Virus record (IMG/VR): IMGVR_UViG_3300045946_000018 | Span: 27,272 to 91,271 of that record | DNA from: a virus | Direction: 5' to 3' (one strand) | DNA length: 64,000 nucleotides | Shown: one piece after another, positions 27,781 to 37,587 of the stretch | How positions within the stretch are numbered: the stretch's first letter is position 1 | Layout: every line of letters begins with the position of its first letter | The notes under the pieces: generated by a model | Database searches by the model: none | What the model saw: the letters and a program-made list of their open reading frames with translations, nothing else | Told to the model about the DNA's origin: nothing | Translations under genes and position numbers: made by a program

Positions 27781-27957
27781 TTAATCCATACCATTCTTTT
27801 TCTTTCTACGCTGAATAAAATCAGGGTCTTCTTCGATAGCATAAAGCAACCGTTGTTGGGCTTTAGCTTTAGCTTTAGTTGTGTGTTTAGCTTTTACGCC
27901 ATGAGGTGAGCGAACTTCATAATCACCCTTTTTAGTTTTGGATACTTTGTAAGGCAT
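27781..27957 (-). CDS. Small basic protein (58 aa)
   Basis: GAGGAG SD before MPYKVSKTKK. Confidence 0.6.
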   Translation of the reverse strand: MPYKVSKTKKGDYEVRSPHGVKAKHTTKAKAKAQQRLLYAIEEDPDFIQRRKKKNGMD

Positions 27958-27980
27958 TTTCCATTCTCCTCTTATTTTAA

Positions 27981-28158
27981 GCACCAAACATTTTTTCCGG
28001 CTCCTGGAATTTAGCATAATTCCTTTGACAGATTGCGTGCACAGCAAGCAAGGCGACGTCCAGCTCCGCTGCCCGTCCAGATGGAAGCTGTGCACGGGAA
28101 CTGGGAGCAATCTGTCAAAGTGATGCTAAATTCCAAACCAGAAAAAATGGAATGGTGC
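27981..28158. repeat. Rod-like hairpin element, family 2 (with 41882-42049)
   Basis: tggaatttagcat/atgctaaattcca, ctttgacagattgc/gcaatctgtcaaag, gtgcacagc/gctgtgcac. Confidence 0.85.
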
Positions 28159-28210
28159 GTAAACTTAAACACGCTAACACTCTCCGAATTAAAATTTAAT
28201 CAGTGGAACC

Positions 28211-28387
28211 TTACCCCGGATTACTTGCGCCATTCTTCTTGGCGCGACTCTCCATAAATGTACCTCCATCGCGCTTATCAGTATTACCACGCTTTGTCAT
28301 ACTCGGTTCGCTCGAAGTCTTCGACTTCGACTCTTTAACCGGCGGTTTACCGCTCGGAATTGGGTTGTATGTTCTAGTCTCGCTCAT
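28211..28387 (-). CDS. 58-aa disordered basic protein (not in ORF track)
   Basis: Manual translation MSETRTYNPIPSGKPP...; starts 2 nt after adaptor stop. Confidence 0.5.
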   Translation of the reverse strand: MSETRTYNPIPSGKPPVKESKSKTSSEPSMTKRGNTDKRDGGTFMESRAKKNGASNPG

Positions 28388-28389
28388 GT

Positions 28390-29121
28390 TTACCCCTTTA
28401 TTTGGGTAATATCGTTACTAATTTGATCTACTAAATCAAATCCGAGCGTCAGCAATTCGGCGTTAATCGCGTTCTCCCAATCACTAGCTCCAGAAGTATT
28501 ACGATACGAAATTTCGAGTTGACGACACGCAGCTAAAACAAGTATGAACGGGTACTCTTCACTCCACACATTCTGATCGCCATCAGCGACCAGTTCAGGT
28601 TGAAAGAATAAACCTTGCACCTCAATTAACAAATTTTCACTTGGTTTTGGGGCAACGATTATTGCATTAAAACCCCACGGATTTCCAGCTGCAGTATAAC
28701 TCGTTGTAGGTCCAAATCGTGCAATTGTAGTTGTCCCAATTGTCTCAGGATGCGTATGAATATTCGCAAGCGCGTAATACTTAGGGCATCCGGATTCAAC
28801 AAAAGTTGGGTCACGCAATCGCAATTCGCTGATTTCTGGATAATCTTTTCGGTATAGGGGCCACCTCTCTCCCTCAGCGTTAGACAAGAACACATATCTC
28901 ACGCTCCGGCAATTGTTTAACATAGCAAACCAACTATTAGCAGGTAAATCCAAATAACTCTTGCCTTCACCAAACGCTACTTCAGCTTGGCGATCTAACC
29001 ACTTCTGGCCGGTTTGGATGAGAAAGTTCGCTCCTTTATCGCGAAAGCTCTCATCATCAGTAATTAAATCCCACCGGCCAGTAAATTCGACAAACCTCTT
29101 ACGTATATCCAACAAGGGCAT
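28390..29121 (-). CDS. Head-tail adaptor (T7 gp11 / P22 gp4-like)
   Basis: Directly after capsid; GCPKYYA and C-terminal P.LVADGDQN.WSEEYPFILV pattern. Confidence 0.65.
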   Translation of the reverse strand: MPLLDIRKRFVEFTGRWDLITDDESFRDKGANFLIQTGQKWLDRQAEVAFGEGKSYLDLPANSWFAMLNNCRSVRYVFLSNAEGERWPLYRKDYPEISELRLRDPTFVESGCPKYYALANIHTHPETIGTTTIARFGPTTSYTAAGNPWGFNAIIVAPKPSENLLIEVQGLFFQPELVADGDQNVWSEEYPFILVLAACRQLEISYRNTSGASDWENAINAELLTLGFDLVDQISNDITQIKG

Positions 29122-29202
29122 AAAGTAAATTAACCTCCATCGTTTAAATTTTAATTCCGCCGCGCCAACGGAAATTATATTCCGTGTGGGGGGCAGGGGG
29201 GC

Positions 29203-30477
29203 CTAAGGTAAAGTATTATCTAACCCTACCCCATTTAAATATCCAAATTTAATCGGATGGTGAAATTCTAGTCCACATTCCGTAAGCCATTCCTCCTTAG
29301 TTCCATCAAGTCTCTCATGCGATGGACTAACTTTATTTGTATCCATTCCCATAAACATAGTATCATCGATATACCGATACTTCAACATACTCGCTTCGAA
29401 GATAAGCATAGCATTCCGCGTTGTAGCATCATAACTGAACAGCGGATGTGTCCATAGACTAATAGTTCCAAACGGCGTTACCCAATTTACCACTTTAATT
29501 CCATACGAAGTAGTTTGCGGTGTAAAATTAAATTGGCCCACGTTTTTAGCCAACTTATTTATACCCAAAAGTGCCCCCGAACCAACAAATGCAATTTTAT
29601 CCATCGAACCAAATCGAAAAATAAGCTCAAATTTCTCATCTAACCACGCTTCGCCACCAGTAAGCCAATCCATAGTTGCATAGTTTGGATCTACTCTATA
29701 ATCCGATACATTTTGTGGTGCAAACTGTTTTACCGCATAAGTCAATCCACCCGTAGTACGTTCTGGTTTACCATTCGAGCCAACATTCTCTGTTGGTATG
29801 CCGAACAAAAACGCCTTTTCCATTTCAATTGAATGAAGTTCAAGCGATTCACGCTTCGCCTCTTTATACGCGTCTTCGGTGCGAAGTGTCGTTTTCCTTG
29901 CAGTGCGAGTAATATCGAGTGGAGTACGAAAAATTTGTGTGTAATTCAAATACTTTATCGGATCGTAAGCAATTGCGTTTGGAATAGCCGCACCTTCAGC
30001 GTTAATATTACCCACGATCAAGATTACATCCGCAGTCGAAAGGTTAGTCGCACCACCATTATCGTCTGCTTCGAGCAATTTCACCGCAATTTGTGAATCT
30101 GCACCATTAAGTGTAACTCCAGTTACTTTCGCATTTACATCAACATTAAGATTTGTCGAAACCCGAAGTAAAACTTGATGTCCAATTCGAAATTCAGTTG
30201 CGAGTAATTGCGCAACTTTTGCGTACAAAAGTGTACCCGCGGCAGAACCGCCAGCAGCCAGCGCGGTAGTCATTGCAGCATCCGTATAAAGTTCGGTAAT
30301 TGCTCCGCCCTGTTGCGCCAAATTCTTCGTCCACCAATGAAATTGGGGATCAGTAGTAGTTTCTTCTCCCATCTTCGAAAGTAAGCCAGTTAACGGCGCC
30401 CTTCCGTTTGGATAAAGGTACAAAATTCCTTGGCGCCAGTTCAAAGGTCTTTCGTCAGGTGCCCAGTTGCCGGTTCC
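29203..30477 (-). CDS. Major capsid protein, exon 2 (mature protein 431 aa with exon 1)
   Basis: NYTQIFR, EMEKAFLFG, RTTGGL, WLTECGLEF capsid motifs; follows portal and scaffold. Confidence 0.9.
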   Translation of the reverse strand, partial: GTGNWAPDERPLNWRQGILYLYPNGRAPLTGLLSKMGEETTTDPQFHWWTKNLAQQGGAITELYTDAAMTTALAAGGSAAGTLLYAKVAQLLATEFRIGHQVLLRVSTNLNVDVNAKVTGVTLNGADSQIAVKLLEADDNGGATNLSTADVILIVGNINAEGAAIPNAIAYDPIKYLNYTQIFRTPLDITRTARKTTLRTEDAYKEAKRESLELHSIEMEKAFLFGIPTENVGSNGKPERTTGGLTYAVKQFAPQNVSDYRVDPNYATMDWLTGGEAWLDEKFELIFRFGSMDKIAFVGSGALLGINKLAKNVGQFNFTPQTTSYGIKVVNWVTPFGTISLWTHPLFSYDATTRNAMLIFEASMLKYRYIDDTMFMGMDTNKVSPSHERLDGTKEEWLTECGLEFHHPIKFGYLNGVGLDNTLP

Positions 30478-31273
30478 CGGAATTGTTACTCCTACGAGTT
30501 TCCCAACCTTTACTCGCAGGGGACGAGTCATTTCTGCTCGCCTCTTCTTGTTGCCAAGAAGCCCAGACTATATTACCGATAGACGTATCGCTATCGCCGC
30601 CTCTTCCGAGTTTATAGAGCATTGAGGGAACTACATATGGTTCGATTAAAGCGAAAAAAGTTTCAATATCTTTATTTCGCAATCTTAATCGAAATCCTTG
30701 GCCCTTACCGGGAGTGGCGTTAATTCTAAATATAATTCCAAATTTATCCACCACATGTTTGGTAAAAGCTTCCAACTCAAATATACTATGGTTCAGCGTA
30801 TAAATTAGCACATTTCTATCGGCTTGGTTTCTACTATTAGTAGTAGAAAGTGTGCCATCATCTTGATAGAGTATAGCTAATCCAATTGGACCTAGTATAG
30901 AAATAGCGTGTTTACTCATCGTTTTCTGTCCGCTAAGATACAAATTATTTCGTATCTTAGTAAACCACGGATGAGCACTGGAGCGAAGACGTAACATCTG
31001 TTTTCGTCCATAGTGATTCAAGGATGATTCGCTCGTATTTTGCTCTTTTATACTAAATCCAGTGAAGCGGTCAATAATTGCAGCTTTCCACATAAGATAA
31101 TCCGTGTGATCTACCGTATGAGAAACGGATAATTTACAATTACCTCGTTCCGGTTTCTCCACATGGCCATCACCTAAGATCATCCAGTAAATTGCTTCGG
31201 TGACTTCTTTTATATTGAACGCTTCCGCTGCTATCGTCATAGTAATTAACGCCTCAAAGCTCGTATCACTCAT
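30455..31273 (-). CDS. Intron-encoded LAGLIDADG homing endonuclease
   Basis: Two motifs IYWMILGDGHV and LAILYQDDGTL; YLMWK, IEPYVVPSMLYKL. Confidence 0.88.
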   Translation of the reverse strand: MSDTSFEALITMTIAAEAFNIKEVTEAIYWMILGDGHVEKPERGNCKLSVSHTVDHTDYLMWKAAIIDRFTGFSIKEQNTSESSLNHYGRKQMLRLRSSAHPWFTKIRNNLYLSGQKTMSKHAISILGPIGLAILYQDDGTLSTTNSRNQADRNVLIYTLNHSIFELEAFTKHVVDKFGIIFRINATPGKGQGFRLRLRNKDIETFFALIEPYVVPSMLYKLGRGGDSDTSIGNIVWASWQQEEASRNDSSPASKGWETRRSNNSGNRQLGT

Positions 31274-31362
31274 AGTCGTTGCACCTTCCGTATCGGATTG
31301 GCTCAGGATTATCCCAATAGGACTTCCCCTGATTTTAAGCGGTTTTACATGCGCTAGAATTA
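30478..31362 (-). ncRNA. Group I self-splicing intron (885 nt) in capsid gene
   Basis: P1 CAUGCGU/GCGCAUG with U.G at the splice site; P AAAUCAGGGGAA, Q AAUCCUGAGC, R GCAACGACUA, S AAUAUAGUC; terminal G; in-frame exon join. Confidence 0.92.
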
Positions 31363-31383
31363 ACGCATGCCTTGGAATGCCAT
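31363..31383 (-). CDS. Major capsid protein, exon 1 (MAFQGMR)
   Basis: AGGAG SD then ATG; joins in frame to GTGNW at 30477. Confidence 0.88.
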
Positions 31384-31393
31384 AATTAATCTC

Positions 31394-31708
31394 CTAATTA
31401 GTTAGTGGAATACCTAAAGGTGCTCCTATATGCCAGCCAAAACCTTTTGCATTAACATCTTTTTCACCTAATGTATACGTGTTCAATAATTTCTTTCCTT
31501 CTTCGGATAATCCTTGCCATTTTTCAAATGCATCAGTAGCCGTAAGTATAGGCACTGCACTATTACTATCGTTAATTAATTCCATAACAATTTCCATTTC
31601 ACCTGGTGGAAGCATTTCGGTTAAATAGCCGCGCCCTAATTCTTCCGGTGTATTTGCATTACGTTCATACTCATTTATTCGATTAATCATCTCTTCTTGC
31701 CAATTCAT
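31394..31708 (-). CDS. Hypothetical protein
   Basis: GAGGA SD, in head operon. Confidence 0.6.
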   Translation of the reverse strand: MNWQEEMINRINEYERNANTPEELGRGYLTEMLPPGEMEIVMELINDSNSAVPILTATDAFEKWQGLSEEGKKLLNTYTLGEKDVNAKGFGWHIGAPLGIPLTN

Positions 31709-31724
31709 AATTAATCCTCTTCAA

Positions 31725-32042
31725 TCAAACATTACTATACACGAGCAACCACTGCACACCATTACTAAAATATAGACTCGCTCCTCCACTAGTTAAATCG
31801 TCTGGCGAAACAAAGCCGGTCGAATCACCATGATCTACTACATGCACCGTATTTCCGCTTGTACCTACATTGTTAATAGAATAAAACTTACCCACTGCTT
31901 CACCAACATATGGCAACATTACCTCCACGAAAGCTGTATCTGGATTAACGTTGAGTACTGTATCTATAGGCAACATTGCATAGTCACCTGTAACAAACAT
32001 TCCGAGCCCCTTCGCAATTAAAATTTTAACGCTGCAGTCCAA
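31725..32042 (-). CDS. Hypothetical beta-rich protein, possible decoration protein (start may be 32000)
   Basis: In head operon; LYFSNGVQW C-terminal pattern. Confidence 0.5.
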   Translation of the reverse strand: MDCSVKILIAKGLGMFVTGDYAMLPIDTVLNVNPDTAFVEVMLPYVGEAVGKFYSINNVGTSGNTVHVVDHGDSTGFVSPDDLTSGGASLYFSNGVQWLLVYSNV

Positions 32043-32054
32043 TCGTCGCCCCGC

Positions 32055-32816
32055 CTATGTAATTAAATCATCAATCTCCTTTGCAACGCCAGTAAGCGTC
32101 GCAGTTCCGTTTCGTCTATTTCCAGGTTGACGCCGCTGAGGTAAATTAGGACGCTCGTGCTGTTCACCTTCTGCAGAAGGTGAAACGCTTGGCAGTCCCA
32201 ATACCTCGCGTGTACGCTTCGCAGCTTCAGCGAAAACTTGTTCAATAGTTAATTCGCTATTCTCCTGTGAAACTTCATTAGCAATTGCGCCAACTGTTTT
32301 CCTAGCATTAACCAAATCAGGGTTTGATGCATAAAAATTATCTACGAGTTCGCGCATAGTCATATGCTGATCTATATGCGTTCTAATCATACCAGGCGCC
32401 GCGCCTGTCCAACCCTCCCGCGCGATACGCATGGACTCCTGCAACCCTTTATTATAAACGGCGAGCAACAATTTATTTAAATTTTCACCGCTCGAAAGTA
32501 CCTCATCTATATCCAATCCTTCTAGAAAATTATGCGTCTGTGCTTCAAATTGTGCAGACTGTTGCGGAGAACTTTGGCTTTGATACGCTTGATTCGTAAG
32601 CTGTTCGATTCGATCAAGTAACGCACGTTCGCGTGGCGTATATTCTTCGTTAGAGATAGCGGAAGGACGTTGCGGCTCGGAGCGAGCTTCGCCGCTTGAA
32701 GGAGCCTCTTCGACCATGCCTTGATTGGTTGTTTCAGCTAATTCTTGTTGCGATTCTCCCGCAACATCCCCACCACTATCTCCCAATTCACTAAAATCAA
32801 AGTTCTCTTCGCCCAT
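32055..32816 (-). CDS. Capsid scaffolding protein
   Basis: Acidic disordered N-terminus, helical core, between portal and capsid; GGAG SD before MGEENF. Confidence 0.7.
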   Translation of the reverse strand: MGEENFDFSELGDSGGDVAGESQQELAETTNQGMVEEAPSSGEARSEPQRPSAISNEEYTPRERALLDRIEQLTNQAYQSQSSPQQSAQFEAQTHNFLEGLDIDEVLSSGENLNKLLLAVYNKGLQESMRIAREGWTGAAPGMIRTHIDQHMTMRELVDNFYASNPDLVNARKTVGAIANEVSQENSELTIEQVFAEAAKRTREVLGLPSVSPSAEGEQHERPNLPQRRQPGNRRNGTATLTGVAKEIDDLIT

Positions 32817-33039
32817 AATCCATCTCCATTGCTTCAACCATAACTTCCGGTAAACGAATAAATCTATTAACCGCTTCAGCATTGCCTTGAAGTCGTCTAA
32901 TTATTTCCACATTACTTTCTATTTCTAATTGATTGCGTATGTCCTCCAACCATTGGTGCAATTCATCGCGTAAATCTCGCCAAATTGCGGATATAATGAA
33001 GTCGCGCATCTCCCTCGGAGTCGCGTTGTACTCACTCAC
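32797..33039 (-). CDS. Small conserved protein downstream of portal
   Basis: IIRRLQGNAEAV pattern; typical post-portal position. Confidence 0.65.
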   Translation of the reverse strand: MSEYNATPREMRDFIISAIWRDLRDELHQWLEDIRNQLEIESNVEIIRRLQGNAEAVNRFIRLPEVMVEAMEMDYGRREL

Positions 33040-34970
33040 TAGGCTAATCCCCCTGGAATAGCACCATTCATCGTAACCTCCGAGCTGAGTGGCTGTAAAC
33101 TGCCGTTTTGTACTGCTTGTTCAACTTCCGCATCTGGCCGCGCTTCCATACTTAACTCAAAATCGTCCACATTCTTTGCACCTAAATTTGTGGCTATATA
33201 TTTGAAAAGTCTTACTACATCAAATCGCTGTAATAAAAACGGGTTTTGGCTAATTATTTGAAAAAGTTGTATCCACGCATCACTAAAAGCGCCACCAGGA
33301 ATACTACCGTCGCGGATAATTAAATCGTAATCAACCAACACATCATACGGGCTAACCTTAACTCGACCCTCCTTAACAGCAAAGTTCTGTAGAACTTTGC
33401 TAGGCCATTCACCAGCAGTTTTAACATAAACATCCTCGCTCATAAACTGCTGGAGGTGCATCGCAAACATATAACCAATATCTTGCATAGCCTGAACACC
33501 AACAACTTTAGCGATACGCTCTAGTCTATTTATTGCTCCGGCGGCAGTTCCTTGAAATTCTTTGGCGGTAAGTCGCTCTGGTCCTCCGCCTCGTAAATTG
33601 CCCATAAACGGATTGTCTGTGCCAGCAATCTGCCGCATAAAATCAATAACAAAGCCCACGTCCGCAACATTATTACGAGTAATATCAACAACATTAAGCT
33701 GCATAGCTGCGTTTTCCACCCCGCGTCCCCACGCTGGGCGTCGTAAGCGTATAATGCCGCCCGCCTCACTGTTTTCAAGATCAGGTAAATTAAGCAAGTA
33801 TGGATCAACGATAATAAGATCATTGATTGCTTTACGCACATTTGTAACATGACTATTAAACATCCAATCCACAACAGTTTGCATGCCAGAGAGTATTTCT
33901 AACCGAGAAAATGCTACTGGAGAATATCCATCGAACTCAGGTGCTGCTACTGCAACTGGAAACATATCGTGATTTAATTCAAGGGGTTTTGCTTTGCAAA
34001 TTACTTTATCCGCCGCCACCATAAAAAGCCATTTCTCAGGATACGTAGAATCACCCAAATCCCATTCTTTAGGTATAAGTTTAACAATAATGTTAAGTAA
34101 ATCAATGGGCTCAAGCAATGCTGTATTGGTAAACTGCCGCGTCCAGTTATCTCGACGACGTGTTTGCGAGCGTGATGTTTCACCAAAAATCGAAGTGCTT
34201 TTCGACGATACATCTTTTAAGTATTTTACATTAAATAAATCGCCATCAACTTCCTCATCACACAGTAAATTAACATACGCGTCGCTATCCATCCAAGCTA
34301 CGAATTCTCCCCGCTGCGGTTCGTGAATCGGTACATTCGGATCTGGTAAATAGCAATAAGGATCGATATTATCTAACGCATTACCTTCGAAAAGTACTGT
34401 GGATTCCGTACGCTTATATTTACGCGTCTCTCTAAATTGTCCACTTCCATCGTAAATTCCATCTCTAACACTTCGTACCTTCTTTCCACGTTTAATTATC
34501 CACTGTGGTGCAACTATACCCAATCCGTATGCGCTGCAATCTCTAAAGAACGTGTGAAGATTGAGTACAACTTTAGATTTATTACATTGAAGATTAATTA
34601 CCTTCTCCATAAGCGTTGCACCAGCAACGTCTTCTGGCGATACACCTTCATAACGAAATATCGGCTCAGGAGTAAAAGCAGCAACCAGGTAAGAAACCAA
34701 TGTTTCAAGAATTGCGTAGGTATAAGGAAAAACAATTGATACCGGCTTTCGCGGGTCATCTTCGAGTACCTTCTTTTCTTTCTTATCAATTTGAATATAC
34801 GCTTGAAGTTTTTTATCCATTTCACGCCAGCTAGAGTAGCGCTCTTGTATGTTAGACGCTGCGTCTTGAGCATAGCGAATTAATCTAGACATAATGTCCT
34901 GGTGTAACTTACCGCCAGGTGTCCAATCTAACCCACCGGGATATTCGTAGTTAAAATTTCGGTCACTCAT
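33039..34970 (-). CDS. Portal protein
   Basis: 643 aa after terminase; LTAKEF, helical composition typical of podoviral portals. Confidence 0.85.
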   Translation of the reverse strand: MSDRNFNYEYPGGLDWTPGGKLHQDIMSRLIRYAQDAASNIQERYSSWREMDKKLQAYIQIDKKEKKVLEDDPRKPVSIVFPYTYAILETLVSYLVAAFTPEPIFRYEGVSPEDVAGATLMEKVINLQCNKSKVVLNLHTFFRDCSAYGLGIVAPQWIIKRGKKVRSVRDGIYDGSGQFRETRKYKRTESTVLFEGNALDNIDPYCYLPDPNVPIHEPQRGEFVAWMDSDAYVNLLCDEEVDGDLFNVKYLKDVSSKSTSIFGETSRSQTRRRDNWTRQFTNTALLEPIDLLNIIVKLIPKEWDLGDSTYPEKWLFMVAADKVICKAKPLELNHDMFPVAVAAPEFDGYSPVAFSRLEILSGMQTVVDWMFNSHVTNVRKAINDLIIVDPYLLNLPDLENSEAGGIIRLRRPAWGRGVENAAMQLNVVDITRNNVADVGFVIDFMRQIAGTDNPFMGNLRGGGPERLTAKEFQGTAAGAINRLERIAKVVGVQAMQDIGYMFAMHLQQFMSEDVYVKTAGEWPSKVLQNFAVKEGRVKVSPYDVLVDYDLIIRDGSIPGGAFSDAWIQLFQIISQNPFLLQRFDVVRLFKYIATNLGAKNVDDFELSMEARPDAEVEQAVQNGSLQPLSSEVTMNGAIPGGLA

Positions 34971-35182
34971 AATAACGCATCCATTTCGTTCATTCTACGA
35001 TATAACTGTTCCAAGGGAGTCGGATAATTCTTAGGTGAGGTAATTACACAATTTAAGTACATTTTAGTTTCGGCTTCATGCCACTTATAAAACGTAATGT
35101 GATATGTTAACCAATACGCAGGTCTGTCTTCTATAACAGATTCACACGGTATATAAGAAACATATCCTGGAGTATCACACAT
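34967..35182 (-). CDS. Hypothetical protein
   Basis: Repeat site and GGAG SD upstream; ATGA overlap with portal. Confidence 0.55.
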   Translation of the reverse strand: MCDTPGYVSYIPCESVIEDRPAYWLTYHITFYKWHEAETKMYLNCVITSPKNYPTPLEQLYRRMNEMDALL

Positions 35183-35262
35183 GGAATTTCATCTCCAGCG
35201 ATAAAATTTTAATTCGCTGAACAGATATGCTGTTCAAGTCGCGGGGGCGTCAGCCCATAAAA

Positions 35263-36795
35263 TTAAATCCTCTGATACCGCGAAAGTGTACCTGTTCCTT
35301 CATAATCTAATTGGGCAAATTCATCTTCCCCCGTAGGATCAATCACTTCATCAGGCGAAGTGAAATATCGACCTCCGAGTTCCAAAAGTTCGATGATGTA
35401 CGCTGTAGCGTCTGCGACGTCCACCAATTTGCCTTTAGGAAAACTGAGCAATTGGCCTTCAAGTTTGGACGTACATGTTGCATTATGATAAATGTGGCCT
35501 TTTCGGTAGTAAGGGGCCAAGGTTCCAATTCGTTTGAGTTTTCCTTTATCACCCCCCGGATCTCCGCCACGAGCTTTGAGCCAAATAAGTTCGCAGCTAA
35601 ATCGTGGATCGAGTCCCAACATGTAATTGGTAAAAGGTTGTTTAATAAATTCCTCCAGCCCCGTAACCTCAATTCCGATTTGGTGTGCATTGAGTCTTAC
35701 CTTCATATCAAACGTTTCTGCATACAATTCATCAGGGAACATTTTACGCGACACTACATCACGAATGTAAATCGCGCCGCTTTGGAAATTTACGCCAATT
35801 CCTACAATGGCTGAATCCGCCGAACTCATATTCACAGATTTCGCGGGATCAACTATGATATAATTTTCTAGATTTTTAGTTTCAAGCTGATTTTCTGAAT
35901 AATGTTGGAAATATTCCTGCCTAAAGCCTTGATTTTCAGTAGCGATTGGTAGATTACGAAACTCGCTGTAAAATATATCTAGGGTTCCATTTTCTTTATG
36001 TATTTCATATTCACGGCGCAGTTCCTGAGTGGATATTAGTTCGGGGACATTAGATACTAAACCCTCTGCAGTATCTGTACATATATCCAACCGCTCTGAT
36101 ACCCACTCAGGCGAATTGAGTAACTCTTCCATAAGAGCATCGCTATGTTTTAGCGTATCTAAATAGATAAACTTGTAGTTATTGTCATACCGATTAATAC
36201 ATTTCATTAAGTCGCTATGAAACCACTCCTTTAACTTGCGTCGATTTTCCGGATTTTCTAACTCATCACGTTTCTCCAAATCATCAATAATAATTAACTG
36301 TGGCCTGGCGTGTTTATAAAGCAATCCGCGCACTTGCTGTCCAGAACCACGCGGGAGTACCAATGTATTACCGAAAGCAACCCAAGCGCGCTTAGAAAAT
36401 GTCTCAGAAAAATCCGCGTCTGAGTCTGCTGCAATAGCGATATCACCAAAGATTTTCCTAATTTCGGGATTACTCCGCAACTCACGCTTGATGTTCTCTG
36501 TTTGCAGTTCGGCCACGGTTTCACTATTCGAGACATAAAGTATAAACTCATATTGACGGAATAAAATTGCGCGCATTACCATAGCACGAGCGAAGGAAGT
36601 TTTACCTAAACCTCGAGGTGCGGCAATAGCGATTTGCTTAGCGGGTGAGTCGAGGTGTTTAATTACAGAATAATGAAGGGGAGAATAGCTAGCGGAGAAA
36701 GCTTGGGGCATGAACGTTTTACTCATTACACCCAAATCAGTGTAACACAATCCAAGTGTATCTTCGAGGCTTAAATTAGTAGTTAAAGTTGCCAT
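35263..36795 (-). CDS. terL: Terminase large subunit
   Basis: APRGLGKT Walker A, IIIDDLE Walker B, IVDPA and DVADA nuclease acidic residues. Confidence 0.92.
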   Translation of the reverse strand: MATLTTNLSLEDTLGLCYTDLGVMSKTFMPQAFSASYSPLHYSVIKHLDSPAKQIAIAAPRGLGKTSFARAMVMRAILFRQYEFILYVSNSETVAELQTENIKRELRSNPEIRKIFGDIAIAADSDADFSETFSKRAWVAFGNTLVLPRGSGQQVRGLLYKHARPQLIIIDDLEKRDELENPENRRKLKEWFHSDLMKCINRYDNNYKFIYLDTLKHSDALMEELLNSPEWVSERLDICTDTAEGLVSNVPELISTQELRREYEIHKENGTLDIFYSEFRNLPIATENQGFRQEYFQHYSENQLETKNLENYIIVDPAKSVNMSSADSAIVGIGVNFQSGAIYIRDVVSRKMFPDELYAETFDMKVRLNAHQIGIEVTGLEEFIKQPFTNYMLGLDPRFSCELIWLKARGGDPGGDKGKLKRIGTLAPYYRKGHIYHNATCTSKLEGQLLSFPKGKLVDVADATAYIIELLELGGRYFTSPDEVIDPTGEDEFAQLDYEGTGTLSRYQRI

Positions 36796-37069
36796 ATAAC
36801 CTCAAATTATGCTTCCGCATTGGGAAGTAAGTAGAGGTTCCAACAGTATCATCGTAGCCCCGCGAGTGGTCTCGGAGCATAGATGCGCTGTACCATAACC
36901 AGGTGCTAACCCGCGGTAGGTGCCTACGGTCATCGCCTCCTCCCGTTGGTCGTCGGCTTGCTGTACCAGTAGCGAAGGTCTCTTGGGAGTAATTTCCAAT
37001 TTAAAATTTATCCACTGCAGGATCATTTCGCTTATCCTTTTCCAGTGGCGGGGTCGCCTACTGGCGAAA

Positions 37070-37342
37070 CTAATGCCGCAAATCTAATACTGCACTTATT
37101 GCCGCAATCCACGCGGATTTTATATCTGCGCGTACATCCGCCCATCGCGGAATAGGTTGACCCGCATAATTTTTCCAATTTTGGTGCTCGGCATAAACTT
37201 CGTACGCAATCTGTGCTAGATCAACTGTAGCTTGGTCTTCCATAGTCTTATCCTTAAAATATTTTGGTCTAATTTTAGCATATATTGTACTCAACACAAC
37301 TTCAACTTCTCTTGCTAATATATCTACCAAAATTTCCCCCAC
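37070..37342 (-). CDS. Hypothetical protein (start uncertain)
   Basis: AQIAYEVY...P.WADV...I.SAWIAA pattern seen in small phage proteins. Confidence 0.55.
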   Translation of the reverse strand: MGEILVDILAREVEVVLSTIYAKIRPKYFKDKTMEDQATVDLAQIAYEVYAEHQNWKNYAGQPIPRWADVRADIKSAWIAAISAVLDLRH

Positions 37343-37352
37343 TGATTAAATT

Positions 37353-37547
37353 TTAATTCCGAGGACGTGATTCGATGAGGGCACGCTGAGCCCATTTCGC
37401 GCTATTCTTTAGAACATTTAATGCTATAGTTTTCTCGTAGTTATTTGGTATTGCCTCACTAACAAGTTTCCTGAGTGCCATGTACGAATTATCAACGCGC
37501 TCCGCAATAGCTTCAACTTCTGGGGGTAGTTTAACTTTTGTTTTCAA
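37353..37547 (-). CDS. Hypothetical protein
   Basis: GGAGGAGG SD before TTG. Confidence 0.55.
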   Translation of the reverse strand: MKTKVKLPPEVEAIAERVDNSYMALRKLVSEAIPNNYEKTIALNVLKNSAKWAQRALIESRPRN

Positions 37548-37587
37548 CTTTTTCCTCCTCCAAGCGAGGGGTCGGCTACTGCCGAAA

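Noticed and set aside
30478-30531. MTRPLRVKVGKLVGVTIP as the capsid N-terminus
   Set aside because: It is intron P9 sequence; the SD-led exon at 31363-31383 explains the real start
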